From an uncultured Chloroflexia bacterium (lineage in GTDB: Bacteria > Chloroflexota > Limnocylindria > Limnocylindrales > CSP1-4), in contig CAWHDR010000005.1 of NCBI GenBank assembly GCA_963828165.1, positions 128,001 through 192,000 of the forward strand: a DNA stretch of 64,000 nucleotides, read 5' to 3'. Position numbers and translations under genes: made by a program. Of this stretch, positions 51,501 through 62,060 are shown one piece after another. How positions within the stretch are numbered: position 1 is the stretch's first letter; each line of letters starts with the position of its first letter. The notes under the pieces are model-generated. The model did no database searches. It was not told the origin of the DNA and worked only from the letters and a program-made list of their open reading frames with translations.

Positions 51501-52093
51501 GGCCGCTCGACGGCGCCCTCGCGCACGGTCCCGTTATGTGCCTGGGATGCCCGAGAAGCCTCCTCGAGCCGCGGCCCGCCGCGGCCCTCGACCTCACGGT
51601 TCCACGTCGCTCGGTCGTCCCGCAGGACCTGCAGCGCGGCTTCCTGATCGCGCCATCCGACGACATCCACCGCCTTGTCCTCGAGCGCCTTGTAGGTGTT
51701 GAAGAACTGCTCGATCTCGACCAGGCGATGCGGGCGGACCTGCTCCAGTCGCTCGATGTGCTGCTGGTGGGCATCGCCGATCGCGACGCACAGCACCTTG
51801 AAGTCGAAGCCCTTCTCGTCGCGCATCTCCAGGCCGCCGATCGGGCGCGCCCACACGTGACAGCCGGTGAACGTGGGTTCGTCGATGACGAGGAGTGCGT
51901 CGGTGTGGTCGCCGTCACCGGCGCGGGTGCCCTCGATGAAGCCGTAATCGAAGTTGTAGAAGACCGCGCTGCTCAGCACCCGGTCCAGTCGGAAGACCCC
52001 GACCTCTTCGTCGAACTCGTACTTGTTGCGCGACCCGCGCGGGATCTCGACGACGATCTCGACAACGTCCGGATAGGGGCCGGGACTCTGCAT
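51497..52093 (-). CDS. ppa: Family I inorganic pyrophosphatase
   Basis: EIPRGSRNKYE, LDRVL, YGFI, DGDHTD, D.K and FFNTYK.LE motifs. Confidence 0.95.
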   Translation of the reverse strand: MQSPGPYPDVVEIVVEIPRGSRNKYEFDEEVGVFRLDRVLSSAVFYNFDYGFIEGTRAGDGDHTDALLVIDEPTFTGCHVWARPIGGLEMRDEKGFDFKVLCVAIGDAHQQHIERLEQVRPHRLVEIEQFFNTYKALEDKAVDVVGWRDQEAALQVLRDDRATWNREVEGRGGPRLEEASRASQAHNGTVREGAVERP

Positions 52094-52131
52094 GCCGCCA
52101 CGATACCCGGCTCGGTCATCGCCGGCCGACA

Positions 52132-52281
52132 TGGGCCGTGGGGCCAGGAGCGTTCAACGGGCGCAGGAACGGCGCCTCAGCCGCGTTCGGCTCGCTCTAC
52201 ATCCCCGATCGATACGGGAACAGGCCCCTCGGGTGCGCTTTGGTCGTCGGTTGGAACGCTGGTGGCCCCCAACGAGGTCCA
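52132..52281. ncRNA. Candidate structured RNA (long interrupted stem with branched tip)
   Basis: Nested pairings 52132-37/52276-81, 52140-46/52263-69, 52149-55/52254-60 and 52159-65/52234-40, plus two internal hairpins. Confidence 0.45.
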
Positions 52282-52290
52282 GGGCGCCGA

Positions 52291-53385
52291 CTAGTCGTTG
52301 TAGAGGCGTTCCTCGATGAGCTTCTCCTGGACCGTTCGACCGTTCGGGTCGAAGCAGGAGAACTCGAAGTGCTTCTCGAACTCGAGGTCCACGTTGTCCT
52401 GGCCGCCACGGTTCTTCTCGACCGAGAGGATCACCCAGTCGCGGAAGCGCTGCGCCTGGTACGGGTTGAACTCGATGTTCACCTTGGCGACGATGTGGTA
52501 CTTCTCGTTCATGATCAGGATGATGTCGGCTTCGTAGTTGATGGCCGACGAGCCGCGCAGGTGGAAGTTGCGCAGGCGCGAGGCCTTGAGGCCTTCCTTG
52601 TCCGCGGCCACGATCGCGACCATCGGCACTTCCTCGGACAGCGCGATGTCCTTGAGGCCGTTGACGATGTAGGTGACCTTCTCCGACTCGTTCTCGGGCT
52701 CGGGGATCTGGGGCACCTTCTGCATGTAGTCGACGAAGACCACGAGGCGTCGCTCACCCGACAGCTCACGGTGCTGCTGCACGAGCTTGCGGATGTTGTC
52801 GATCGTGCTGGCCGTCTGCGAGCCCCGCAGGAGGTACAGGTTCTGGCCGTAGCGCGCGATGCGATCGAGCGACGGGCGCAGCCGCGGGTTGTTGGCGAGC
52901 TGCGGCGCGGGGCCCCCTTCGGCCATCCACGTCCCGAGGATCTCCTTGCGGACGTCCTGGATCTTGATCGCGCCGGTCTTGTGCGGCAGGTGGGCGAGGG
53001 CCGACTCCATGGCGATGAGTCGGTTCATGAGATAGGCCTCGTCGTGCTCGAAGCACAGGTAGAGCACGTTCGCCTGACCACCGGATGCGATATTGCGGGC
53101 CATCTGGAGTGCCATCGTCGTCTTGCCCGTGCCCTGGGCCCCGCCGATCAGCATCAGCTCCCCGGCGCGCAGGCCGAGACCGATCGTCTTGTCGAGCGGG
53201 GTGAAGCCCAGCGGGACCGGCTGGTACTCGGCGAGATGCCCGGTCGTGACCCGCTCGTTGAGATCGCCCAGGACGTCGAGCGCGGAGCGCGGCGTCATGC
53301 TGCCGTTCGCGGTGTCGAGATGCCAGTCACTCGTGGGAGACGGGACGCTGGCGGGTTCGGTCGAGGGTTCAGTCTTGATGGTCAC
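52291..53385 (-). CDS. Stand-alone DnaB C-terminal-like (RecA-fold) ATPase
   Basis: GF..LD....GL..GEL..IGG, GAQGTGKTT, VFVDYMQ, LRGS..I.YEAD and KNRGG motifs; no DnaB N-domain; own GGAGGA SD and TGcTACGCT. Confidence 0.85.
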   Translation of the reverse strand: MTIKTEPSTEPASVPSPTSDWHLDTANGSMTPRSALDVLGDLNERVTTGHLAEYQPVPLGFTPLDKTIGLGLRAGELMLIGGAQGTGKTTMALQMARNIASGGQANVLYLCFEHDEAYLMNRLIAMESALAHLPHKTGAIKIQDVRKEILGTWMAEGGPAPQLANNPRLRPSLDRIARYGQNLYLLRGSQTASTIDNIRKLVQQHRELSGERRLVVFVDYMQKVPQIPEPENESEKVTYIVNGLKDIALSEEVPMVAIVAADKEGLKASRLRNFHLRGSSAINYEADIILIMNEKYHIVAKVNIEFNPYQAQRFRDWVILSVEKNRGGQDNVDLEFEKHFEFSCFDPNGRTVQEKLIEERLYND

Positions 53386-53497
53386 GCGGTGATGTCCTCC
53401 CCGAGAGGCATGCGTTCGAAGCCGCGGTGCGGCCGCCGTAGCGTAGCACCGGCGTCACTGGGACTCACCCACCCGGAAGTGCTATCCCGGACCCCGT

Positions 53498-54888
53498 TCA
53501 TTCGGTCGCGGCGATCTCGTCGAACGTGGCGACGATCGCCCGGATCGCGCCCTCGTAGTTGGCCAGGGACATCCATTCGTCCGGGGCGTGGGCGTTGTCG
53601 TCCGGCTGCGCGAAGCCCAGCAAGACGACCGGTAAGCCCAGGATCGATTCGAAGCTGGCGGTCACCGGGATCGACCCGCCCGCGCGGATGTAGACCGGCG
53701 CACGGCCGAACGTGGCCTCGAGCGCCCGCGCGGCAGCCCTGGTCATGGGATGGTCGAGGGGCGTCCGGCTGGGCGGCCCGCCGCCCAGATCCTGCACCGT
53801 GACCCGGACGCCGGGCGGCGCGATCTCGAGCACGAAGTCGCGGAACTTCTCGAAGATGTCGTGCGGCTCCTGCGCCGACACGAGCCGGCAGCTGACCTTG
53901 GCGTGGGCATGGGCGGGGATGATCGTCTTGGTGCCGTGCCCCTGGAACCCGCCCCAGATGCCGTTCACGTCGAGCGTGGGGCGCGTGGCGCGCCGCTCGA
54001 GCGTGGAGTAGCCGACCTCGCCGACCAGGTCCCCGAGGTGGCGGCGCTCCCGGTACTCGTCCTCGTCGAACGGAAGCTCGGCGATCTCGGCGTGCTCTTC
54101 GTCGGTGAGGGCCTCGACGGCGTCGTAGAAACCAGGGATCCGGATCCGGCCGTCCGGGCCCTTGAGCGCGGCGATGATCTGGGCCAAGGCGTTGGCCGGG
54201 TTCTGGACCGCCCCGCCGTAGCTGCCCGAGTGGAGGTCCACGGGCGATCCCACCACATCGAGCTGGGCATACATGAGGCCACGCAGGCTGACCGTGATCG
54301 CGGGGATGTTGCCCTCGAAGAACCCGGTATCACTGATGATCGCGACATCCGCCGTCAGCCGGTCGCGGTTCGCGGTGAGCCACGCGTCCAGGCCCTCGGA
54401 TCCACTCTCCTCGGCGCCCTCGAACACGTACTTGACGTTGATCGGGAAGCCGCCGCGCGTCGCCAGGACCGCGGCCGCCGCCATCGCGTGGGCGTGGATC
54501 TGGCCCTTGTCGTCTGCGGCGCCTCGCGCGAGCATCCGGCCATCGACGGCGGCCGGCTCGAACGGAGGCGACGTCCACAGGTCGAGCGGATCCACCGGCT
54601 GGACGTCGTAGTGCCCGTAGACGAGCGCGGTGGGCGCCCCTTCAGCGTGCAGCCAGTCGGCGTAGACGACTGGGTGGAACTCGTCTCCTCGACCGCGACG
54701 TTCTCGAGACCGGCCGTCCGGAGGGCATCCGCGAGCCACTCGGCGGCCCGGCGCACGTCTGGGGCGTGTTCCGGCAGCGCTGAGATGCTGGGGATCCGGA
54801 GGAACTCCTTATAGCTCTCCAGGCGGGCGTCCTGCGTCGCGTCCAGGTGCTGGTCGACGGAGAGGGGCGTGGCGGTTCGGTCGGGCAT
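53498..54888 (-). CDS. M20 family dipeptidase, with a frameshift near 54683 (likely error)
   Basis: FLRIPSIS in one frame; YGHYDVQP, RGAADDKG, EESGS, DLHSG and NAHAPDE in the other. Confidence 0.92.
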
Positions 54889-54992
54889 CGTCAGAGTCTA
54901 TCGAAGGTGCCTCTTCGCGGGCGGCTGGCCGAGAATCGAAACGAGCGAGCCAGTCGGCTCGCTCGTGCTCGAGATCTGGGAGTTGGCTTGGT

Positions 54993-56900
54993 TCAGGCCG
55001 GCTGCGGGTTCGGCTCCGGGATGGGCTGCCCTGGGCCGACGACGGCCGGGCTGCCGTGGCCATCGTCCTTGGGCGGCATGTCGGAGAACAACGCCTCGAA
55101 GCCCTCGCTGTCGACGGTCTCCTCCGCAACGAGCTTCTCGGCGAGGGCCACGAGCCGATCGCGGTGGGTCGTGAGGACCTCCGTCGCCCGCTCGTATGCC
55201 TTGTCGATGATCGCCCGGACCTCTTCGTCGATGACGCGTGCGACGTCGTCGCTGTAGTTGCGCTGCTCGCCGATCTCGCGGCCCAGGAACACCAGCTCGT
55301 CGCGCTTCCCGAAGGACAGCGGGCCGAGCTTGTCGCTCATGCCGAACTCGGTGACCATGCGCCGCGCGAGGTCGGTCGCTTTCTCGATGTCGTTGCTGGC
55401 GCCGGTCGTCGTGTCGCCGAAGATCATCCGCTCCGCGACGTTGCCGGCCAGCAGGCCCGCGATCTTGTCCTCGAACTCGGTCTTGGACTGGAGATACCGG
55501 TCTTCCCGGGGCAGGGCCATCGTGTAGCCGAGGGCCATGCCGCGACTGATGATGGTGACCTTGGCGACCGGGTCGCACTTGGGCAGGATCCGCTGGACGA
55601 CCGCGTGACCACCTTCGTGGTAGGCGATGATCGCCTTCTCCGCGTCCGAGATGACCCGCGACTTGCGCTCCGGGCCGGCGATGATCCGCTCCAGCGCCTC
55701 CTGGAACTCGGACATGCCGATGACCTTCTTGTTGCGGCGAGCCGACAGGATGGCGGCCTCGTTGACGAGGTTCGCGAGGTCGGCGCCGGAGAAGCCCGGC
55801 GACTGGCGCGCGACGCCTTCGACATCGACGCCCTTGTCGAGCGGCTTGCCCTTGGTATGGACGCGCAGGATCTCGGTCCGGCCACGGATGTCGGGGCGGT
55901 CGAGGATGACCTGGCGGTCGAAGCGGCCCGGGCGCAGGAGGGCTGGGTCCAGGACGTCCGGCCGGTTCGTGGCGGCGACGACGATCACGTTCGTGTTCGT
56001 GTCGAAGCCGTCCATCTCGACCAGGATCTGGTTGAGGGTCTGCTCGCGCTCGTCGTGCGAGCCGCCCAGACCGGCGCCACGCTGGCGGCCGACCGCGTCG
56101 ATCTCGTCGACGAAGACGATGCACGGCGAGTTGCGCTTGGCCTGGTCGAACAGGTCGCGCACGCGGCTCGCGCCGACGCCGACGAACATCTCGACGAACT
56201 CAGAGCCGGAGATGCTGAAGAACGGCACGCCGGCCTCACCCGCGACGGCGCGAGCCATCAGGGTCTTGCCGGTGCCGGGGGGCCCGACGAGCAGCACACC
56301 ACGCGGGATGCGCGCGCCCAGGGAGTTGAACTTCTCCGGGAACTTCAGGAACTCCACGACCTCCTGGAGCTCCGTCTTGGCCTCGTCGACGCCCGCCACA
56401 TCGGCGAACGTGACGACAGTCTTGTTGCCGAGGAACATGCGCGCCCGGCTCTTGCCGAAGCTGAGGGCTTGATTGTTGGTGCCCTGCGCCTGTCTCATCA
56501 TGAAGAAGATGAAGCCGCCGATGATGAGCAGCGGCAGGACCGCCGTCAGCAAGAGGCCGAGCCACGACGTGTCTGGCGCGGGGGTCGCCTTGAAGATGTC
56601 GGGGCTCAGGGTCAGGTTCGTGCCCTCGGCCGCCTTCTGCATGTCGCCCCACACGTCGGTCAGGATCGTGGGAACGGTGACGGTATAGGTCTGGGCCGTG
56701 GAGCCGGTCTTCTTGACCGTCAGGGTCGTGCCCTGCTGGGTGACCTCCGCGACCTCGTTAGCGGCGACATCGCCAAGGAATTTGGAGTAGCCGGTGGTGA
56801 CGGGCTGCGAGCTGGACGTGATCCACGTGAACAGCAGCGCAGCCGTCCCGACGACGAGGACCAGCATCACGATGCCGTTCCGGAAGAACTTCGGGTTCAA
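54993..56900 (-). CDS. ftsH: ATP-dependent zinc metalloprotease FtsH
   Basis: Two TMs; [38 protein letters not shown] and GASNDI motifs. Confidence 0.98.
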   Translation of the reverse strand: MNPKFFRNGIVMLVLVVGTAALLFTWITSSSQPVTTGYSKFLGDVAANEVAEVTQQGTTLTVKKTGSTAQTYTVTVPTILTDVWGDMQKAAEGTNLTLSPDIFKATPAPDTSWLGLLLTAVLPLLIIGGFIFFMMRQAQGTNNQALSFGKSRARMFLGNKTVVTFADVAGVDEAKTELQEVVEFLKFPEKFNSLGARIPRGVLLVGPPGTGKTLMARAVAGEAGVPFFSISGSEFVEMFVGVGASRVRDLFDQAKRNSPCIVFVDEIDAVGRQRGAGLGGSHDEREQTLNQILVEMDGFDTNTNVIVVAATNRPDVLDPALLRPGRFDRQVILDRPDIRGRTEILRVHTKGKPLDKGVDVEGVARQSPGFSGADLANLVNEAAILSARRNKKVIGMSEFQEALERIIAGPERKSRVISDAEKAIIAYHEGGHAVVQRILPKCDPVAKVTIISRGMALGYTMALPREDRYLQSKTEFEDKIAGLLAGNVAERMIFGDTTTGASNDIEKATDLARRMVTEFGMSDKLGPLSFGKRDELVFLGREIGEQRNYSDDVARVIDEEVRAIIDKAYERATEVLTTHRDRLVALAEKLVAEETVDSEGFEALFSDMPPKDDGHGSPAVVGPGQPIPEPNPQPA

Positions 56901-57103
56901 GAGGGGGGCCTCCGGGTGTGAGTGGGGCGACGATCGAGCGTCGCTCCGTGGGGCGAGTATAGCGTCGGACCCGAACCGGGCCCCCTGACGGATGTCCGGC
57001 CGTCAATCAACCCTACGGACGGATAGCAGGCGCGGATGGCGACGCCGTCGAGCGTGAAGAAAACGAAATGACCCGTCGATCGCCGGTGAGGGATGTCGTG
57101 GGT

Positions 57104-57178
57104 TGGTAGCGGAGGGCGGATTCGAACCACCGACCAAGGGCTTATGAGTCCCCTGCTCTACCACTGAGCTACTCCGCC
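57104..57178 (-). tRNA. tRNA-Met(CAT), elongator type
   Basis: GGCGGAGTAGCTCAGTGGTAGAGC...CTCATAA...GGTTCGAATCC...CTCCGCTACCA folds as a cloverleaf with encoded CCA; it lacks initiator features. Confidence 0.93.
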
Positions 57179-57290
57179 GCTGCTATCAAGCTTATCGAGC
57201 GTGATGCGGGGCGGCAAACGCCGAGAAACGGTGGCCGCGGCGACCGGCGAGTGGTCATCGCGGAAAGAGGCCGGAAATAGGATCGACCGT

Positions 57291-57315
57291 CTTGACGGCC
57301 GACCGCCCTGTCAAG
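57291..57315. promoter_or_regulatory. Inverted repeat CTTGAC-N13-GTCAAG in the divergent tRNA/receiver intergenic region
   Basis: Seen directly; each arm resembles a -35 hexamer (TTGACG / TTGACA). Confidence 0.35.
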
Positions 57316-57415
57316 CACCCACCGCTTCGGTGGACGTGATGGGCTAAGGTTCTGGCCTATTGCCCTTGCCTCGTCCTGGTCGACCGTCACTGCGGGACTG
57401 CCCGGAGGTTGGAGA

Positions 57416-57814
57416 TTGGCACCGCGGGTTCTCATCGCCGACGACGAGCGGCACATCCGGACGCTCATCGAGCAGTCGCTCGAGGAGCTCGAGGATGAAG
57501 GGGTCGAGCTCCTCACCGCATCCGACGGGGCGGAGGCCCTCGCGGAGGCTGCGCGGCATCGGCCTGAGCTGATCTTCCTCGACATCATGATGCCGAACCA
57601 GAACGGCTTCGAAGTCTGCCGGGCGATCAAGCAGGAGCTCGGCCTCCGCGACAGCGTCGTCGTGATGCTCACCGCCAAGGGGCAGGCCTACGATCGCGAG
57701 CAGGGACTCCTCGCCGGAGCCGATCAGTACATCACGAAGCCGTTCGACCCTGACGAGCTTCTCGAGATTGCGCGAGCCGTTCTCGACCTCCCCGAGGGAG
57801 CATCACGGATATGA
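57416..57814 (+). CDS. Single-domain response regulator
   Basis: GGAGG SD and TTG start; LIADDE, FLDIMMP, LTA and KPF motifs; no output domain. Confidence 0.92.
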   Translation: MAPRVLIADDERHIRTLIEQSLEELEDEGVELLTASDGAEALAEAARHRPELIFLDIMMPNQNGFEVCRAIKQELGLRDSVVVMLTAKGQAYDREQGLLAGADQYITKPFDPDELLEIARAVLDLPEGASRI

Positions 57815-58869
57815 AGCGCCCGCTGGTCGCGAGCCGCAGCCTTCCCCTCCTCGCCGTCGTCATCCTCTCGGCCTGCTCCGCCGTCGGCGCTCCGGGCCCG
57901 ACGGCCTCGGAGGCCATCAAGGTCGCCGTGATGATCGACTCTGGGAGCGAACGGGACAAATCGTTCAACGAGTACACCCTGCGGGGCGCTCGTGAGGCTG
58001 CCGAGGAGCTGGGCTTCGAGTTCGCCTACGTGACCCCGCAGTCCGCGACGGACTACGCGGATACGCTCGAGAGCATGATCCTCGCCGAGGATCCGGACCT
58101 GGTCGTCACCGTCGGGTTTCGGATGGGCGAGGCGACAGCTCTCGCGGCGCGGGCTCATCCCGACCTCCGGTTCGCCATCGTGGACAACGAATACCAGCCG
58201 GGACTGGGGTGTCCCGAGACCGCCGCGGACTGCTATGCGGACGGCGGGCTGTCGACGGTCACCAGCCTGATGTTCGCCGAGGACGAGGTGGCCTACCTCG
58301 CCGGCACGCTGGCTGGCTGCATGACCGAGACCGGGACGGTGGCGACTGTGGCCGGGGTGGAGATCCCGCCGGTCGTGCGACTGCTCACCGGCTTCGAGAG
58401 CGGCGCCCGCTCGGTACGACCAGACGTCGTGACGCTTCACGAGTACATCCCGGACTTCAACGATCCGGACACGGGCAAGGCGGTCGCCCAGGGCTTCATA
58501 CGCCAGAACGCCGACGTGATCTTCGGCGCGGGCGGCAACACCGGGAACGGGGGCCTGTTGGCGGCCAAGGAGGCCGGCGTGATGGCGGTCGGCGTGGACG
58601 TGGACCAGTACCACACCTACCCGGAGGTGCGCGAGGTCCTGCTCACATCCGCCGCGAAGAACATGGACGTGGCGGCCGCCACCGCCGTGCGCGACTTCGC
58701 CGCCGGCCGACTGGAGGCGGGTATCCGCCTTTCGACCCTCGCGAATGGAGGCATCAGCCTCGCGCCGTACCACGACTGGGAGGACCGCATCCCCCAGGAT
58801 TGCAAGGACATGGTCATAGAGGCCGAGGCCGCGGTGAAGGCCGACCCGACGATCACCGGCGGCAAATGA
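57811..58869 (+). CDS. BMP/PnrA-family substrate-binding lipoprotein
   Basis: Lipobox LSAC; D.SFN, F.E.E.AYLAG, ADVIF.A.G, GVDVDQ and TSA.KN.D motifs. Confidence 0.93.
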   Translation: MKRPLVASRSLPLLAVVILSACSAVGAPGPTASEAIKVAVMIDSGSERDKSFNEYTLRGAREAAEELGFEFAYVTPQSATDYADTLESMILAEDPDLVVTVGFRMGEATALAARAHPDLRFAIVDNEYQPGLGCPETAADCYADGGLSTVTSLMFAEDEVAYLAGTLAGCMTETGTVATVAGVEIPPVVRLLTGFESGARSVRPDVVTLHEYIPDFNDPDTGKAVAQGFIRQNADVIFGAGGNTGNGGLLAAKEAGVMAVGVDVDQYHTYPEVREVLLTSAAKNMDVAAATAVRDFAAGRLEAGIRLSTLANGGISLAPYHDWEDRIPQDCKDMVIEAEAAVKADPTITGGK

Positions 58870-61800
58870 GCGGAGCCTCGCCACCACCGCCACCGGGCGC
58901 GATCCCGGCGGCGGGCGACGGAGTGCCGCCACGCGATCCGATGGGCCCGTTCGTCGTCGTTGGATCATTGGCCGTCGCGGTGGCCACGGTCTGGATGGGG
59001 CTCGCCCTGGTCGGCTCACTCGAGACAGGACAGAGCCAGTACGCCGCGCTGGCCGCGATCACGGCGACCATACTTGCCACCAACCTGGCCGCCCTGCTTC
59101 TCGCGCGTCGCCAGGACCGAGCCGGACCGGCGATCTGGCTGATTGCCGTCAGCCAGCTGGTCGGGGCGGTCGCGGTCTCATTCGTCGTCGCCGACGTGTG
59201 GCTCCTCGGCCTGTTCCTCCTGGCGATCGTGCCCCTCGAGATCGCCACCGCCGACCGACCGCAACGCATCCCCCTGGCAACAATTCTCGCCCTGTTGGGA
59301 GCGGCGAGCCTGGTGGGCGTCGAGCTGCTCGATCCCCCTGGCCGACTGCCCCTATTCGCCGAAGAACCGGGGGTCATGGCACTCCCTGCTGTGGTCCTGA
59401 TCGCCCACAGCGCCAGCCTCGCCTTCCTCTTCTGGCGACTGCGCCTGAGAGGCGACGCGCCCCACCATGTCCGACTCGACCTGGCGACACAGCTTCCGCT
59501 CGTGCTGACCGGCATCTCGGTCGTGTCGATCCTCCTGGTCTTCGGAGTCCTGATGTTCCAGATCCGCGATTTACAGATCGGGGAGGTCGAGCGGACGTTC
59601 CAGACCCTTGCCGACATCCAGGCCGAGCGCGTGGGGAACGCGCTCGATGAGCAGATTCAGATCCTGATCTCGCTGGGCAGGCGAAGTGCTGTCCTCTTGG
59701 ACGCGCTCGTCGCGGCGAACGCCGTATACCCGGATGCGGAGGCCGACCGGCAAGCCCTGCTCGCGGAGCGCCAGCGACAGTGGCAGTCGGAGCCGGACAC
59801 CAGCGAGTTCGTCCTGCGCTACCGAAACAGTCCGGAGGCCCTCGAGCTGAGCCGGTTCCGTGGGGAGGATCTGCTGCACAACAACGTCCTCCTCACCGAC
59901 CGCGAGGGAGGCCTCGTGGCTGCTCAGGGTGAGAAGCCATCGCGGTTCTCCTTCCAGGACCAGGGGTGGTGGCGAGCCGCCTGGGACGACGCGCAGGGCA
60001 GCGTCTACCTAGGCGACCTCAACCTGAACATCGAGGCCGGTACGGCCTCGATGTTCATCGCGGTCGGCGTGCTCAATCCGCAGACGAACGAGACGATCGG
60101 CGTGCTCTTCTCGCGCTATGACCTGAGCGGGGTCCAGCGTGACATCGCGATCGCCAACGACCAGCTCGACGCGGCCGTGCACCTGCTGTCTTCGGATGCG
60201 CTCCTGATCGCCGGACCCAACCCGGAGGCGGTCGGCCTGCCCGCTGCGATCGAGCTCCCCCAGGACGGAACGGGGGCGACCGATCCCGAGCCGACATCGG
60301 ACGTCGTGGCTCGGGCACCGCTGACGACGACCGGCGTGGTCCATCGGGATGCCCTGCGGACGCTGGGATGGCGGATCTCCGTCAGCGACTCTCAGGAGAA
60401 TGCATTGGCCGAGGTGACCCGCTCGACCGAAGTGGCGGCCCTCGTGGGGCTGCTCGCAATCGCGCTCGGAGTGATGGCCGCCACCGCCGCCGCGCGCCCG
60501 ATCACCCGACCGATCGAGGCCCTCACCGCGACCGCGTCGGCCATCGCAGCGGGCGACCTCGACCAGCGGGCCAGCCCGGCGGGCCCGGTCGAGCTGACGA
60601 CCCTCGCCGAAGCGTTCAATACGCTGACGGCTCGTCTGCGGTCCCTGATCAGCGGCCTGCAGGACGAGGTCGCGCAGCGAACGAGCCAGCTCCAGGCGCG
60701 CGTGGAGCAGCTCGCTTCCCTCAACCGGATCACCCAGACCGTCTCCTCGGTGCACGACCTCAAGACCGCTCCGCCGGTGGTTGCGAAAGAGCTCGTCGAG
60801 TTGTTTGACGCTCAATACAGCGGCATCGCTCTGCTGGACGGCATCCCGCTGCTGGACGGCAATCGAGCCGCGCTCAGCGTCGTCGCGGAGTACGTCCGAC
60901 CCGGCACGACAGCGGACGCCGGCGCGCTGACCCGGCTCATCACGGACAATGCCCTGTCGACACACTCGATCACAACAGGACGCTCGTTTGTCGTTGCCAC
61001 GCACGTGGACCCCCTCGCCGCCCCAGTCCGGGATCTTCTCGCGGAGCTGGGGACCACGTCGCTCATGGTTGTCCCGCTCCTCTCCCGCGGAGCGGTCATC
61101 GGTATCCTTGCCATTGCCGCGGACTCGGCTGACCGCGAGTTCACGGCGAACGAGGTGGCGCTTGCCGAGACGGTGGCCGGCCAGATCGCAAGTGCCGTCG
61201 AGAACTCGCGCTTGTTTGCCGAGATGCAGGACGCTAAGGAGGCGGCGGTCGCCGCGAACGAGGCCAAGAGCGTCTTCCTCACGAACGTCAGCCACGAGCT
61301 TCGGACGCCGCTCACCTCGGTCGTCGGGTTCGCGAAGATCATCCGCAAGCGGCTCGAGGAGCGAGTGTTCCCGCTGATCGAGGACGACGATCGTGGTGCG
61401 GGCCGCGCGGTCGAGCAAATTCGGGCCAACGTGGACATCATCGTCGCCGAGGCCGAGCGACTGACGACGCTCATCAACAACGTCCTTGACCTTGCCAAGA
61501 TCGAGGCGGGCAAGGTGGATTGGCAGATGGAGCCGGTCCGTGCGAACACGATCGTCGATCGCGCCATCGCGGCCACCGGACCGCTCTTCGAGGAGAAGGG
61601 ACTTCGCCTCGTGCGCGAAGTCGCCGATGACGTCCCGGAGGTCATCGGCGATCGGGACAGCCTGATCCAGGTGGTGATCAACCTGCTGTCCAACGCCGTG
61701 AAGTTCACGAGCGAGGGGATCGTGACCTGTCGGGTCCGGAGGCATGACGCGGAAGTGGTCATCAGCGTGACGGACACCGGCGCGGGGATCGCGGAGGCCG

Positions 61801-62060
61801 ACCAGCCGCGGGTCTTCGAACAGTTCGCGCAGGTAGGTGACACGCTCACGGGTAAGCCGTACGGTACGGGTCTCGGGTTGCCCATCTGCAAGCAGATCGT
61901 CGAACGCCACGGTGGCCGCATCTGGGTCGAGAGCAACCTCGAGGCCGGCAGCACCTTCTCGTTCACCCTCCCGATCCCCAAGCACGGAGAAGACGAGTTC
62001 GAGCCGGGCGCCGAAGGTAAGGCGCCACCGCCAGTCGCTCGCGCGGCGCGGCTTCGATGA
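58866..62060 (+). CDS. Multi-TM sensor histidine kinase (Cache-like, HAMP, GAF, HisKA, HATPase)
   Basis: ATGA overlap; WW.AA Cache motif, HAMP (P...L...A..IA.GDL), GAF (VPLLSRG..IG), SHELRTPL, NLLSNAVKF and GTGLGL. Confidence 0.95.
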   Translation: MSGASPPPPPGAIPAAGDGVPPRDPMGPFVVVGSLAVAVATVWMGLALVGSLETGQSQYAALAAITATILATNLAALLLARRQDRAGPAIWLIAVSQLVGAVAVSFVVADVWLLGLFLLAIVPLEIATADRPQRIPLATILALLGAASLVGVELLDPPGRLPLFAEEPGVMALPAVVLIAHSASLAFLFWRLRLRGDAPHHVRLDLATQLPLVLTGISVVSILLVFGVLMFQIRDLQIGEVERTFQTLADIQAERVGNALDEQIQILISLGRRSAVLLDALVAANAVYPDAEADRQALLAERQRQWQSEPDTSEFVLRYRNSPEALELSRFRGEDLLHNNVLLTDREGGLVAAQGEKPSRFSFQDQGWWRAAWDDAQGSVYLGDLNLNIEAGTASMFIAVGVLNPQTNETIGVLFSRYDLSGVQRDIAIANDQLDAAVHLLSSDALLIAGPNPEAVGLPAAIELPQDGTGATDPEPTSDVVARAPLTTTGVVHRDALRTLGWRISVSDSQENALAEVTRSTEVAALVGLLAIALGVMAATAAARPITRPIEALTATASAIAAGDLDQRASPAGPVELTTLAEAFNTLTARLRSLISGLQDEVAQRTSQLQARVEQLASLNRITQTVSSVHDLKTAPPVVAKELVELFDAQYSGIALLDGIPLLDGNRAALSVVAEYVRPGTTADAGALTRLITDNALSTHSITTGRSFVVATHVDPLAAPVRDLLAELGTTSLMVVPLLSRGAVIGILAIAADSADREFTANEVALAETVAGQIASAVENSRLFAEMQDAKEAAVAANEAKSVFLTNVSHELRTPLTSVVGFAKIIRKRLEERVFPLIEDDDRGAGRAVEQIRANVDIIVAEAERLTTLINNVLDLAKIEAGKVDWQMEPVRANTIVDRAIAATGPLFEEKGLRLVREVADDVPEVIGDRDSLIQVVINLLSNAVKFTSEGIVTCRVRRHDAEVVISVTDTGAGIAEADQPRVFEQFAQVGDTLTGKPYGTGLGLPICKQIVERHGGRIWVESNLEAGSTFSFTLPIPKHGEDEFEPGAEGKAPPPVARAARLR

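Noticed and set aside
52132-52281. SRP RNA, tmRNA or RNase P RNA
   Set aside because: No GGAA/AGCAG SRP loop, no tRNA-like ends, and too short for RNase P with none of its motifs.
57104-57178. tRNA-Ile2(CAT), initiator tRNA, or an integration site
   Set aside because: The acceptor stem GGCGGAG resembles elongator Met and lacks the initiator C1 mismatch and GGG/CCC anticodon stem; Ile2 is not fully excluded. No duplicated 3' end was seen.
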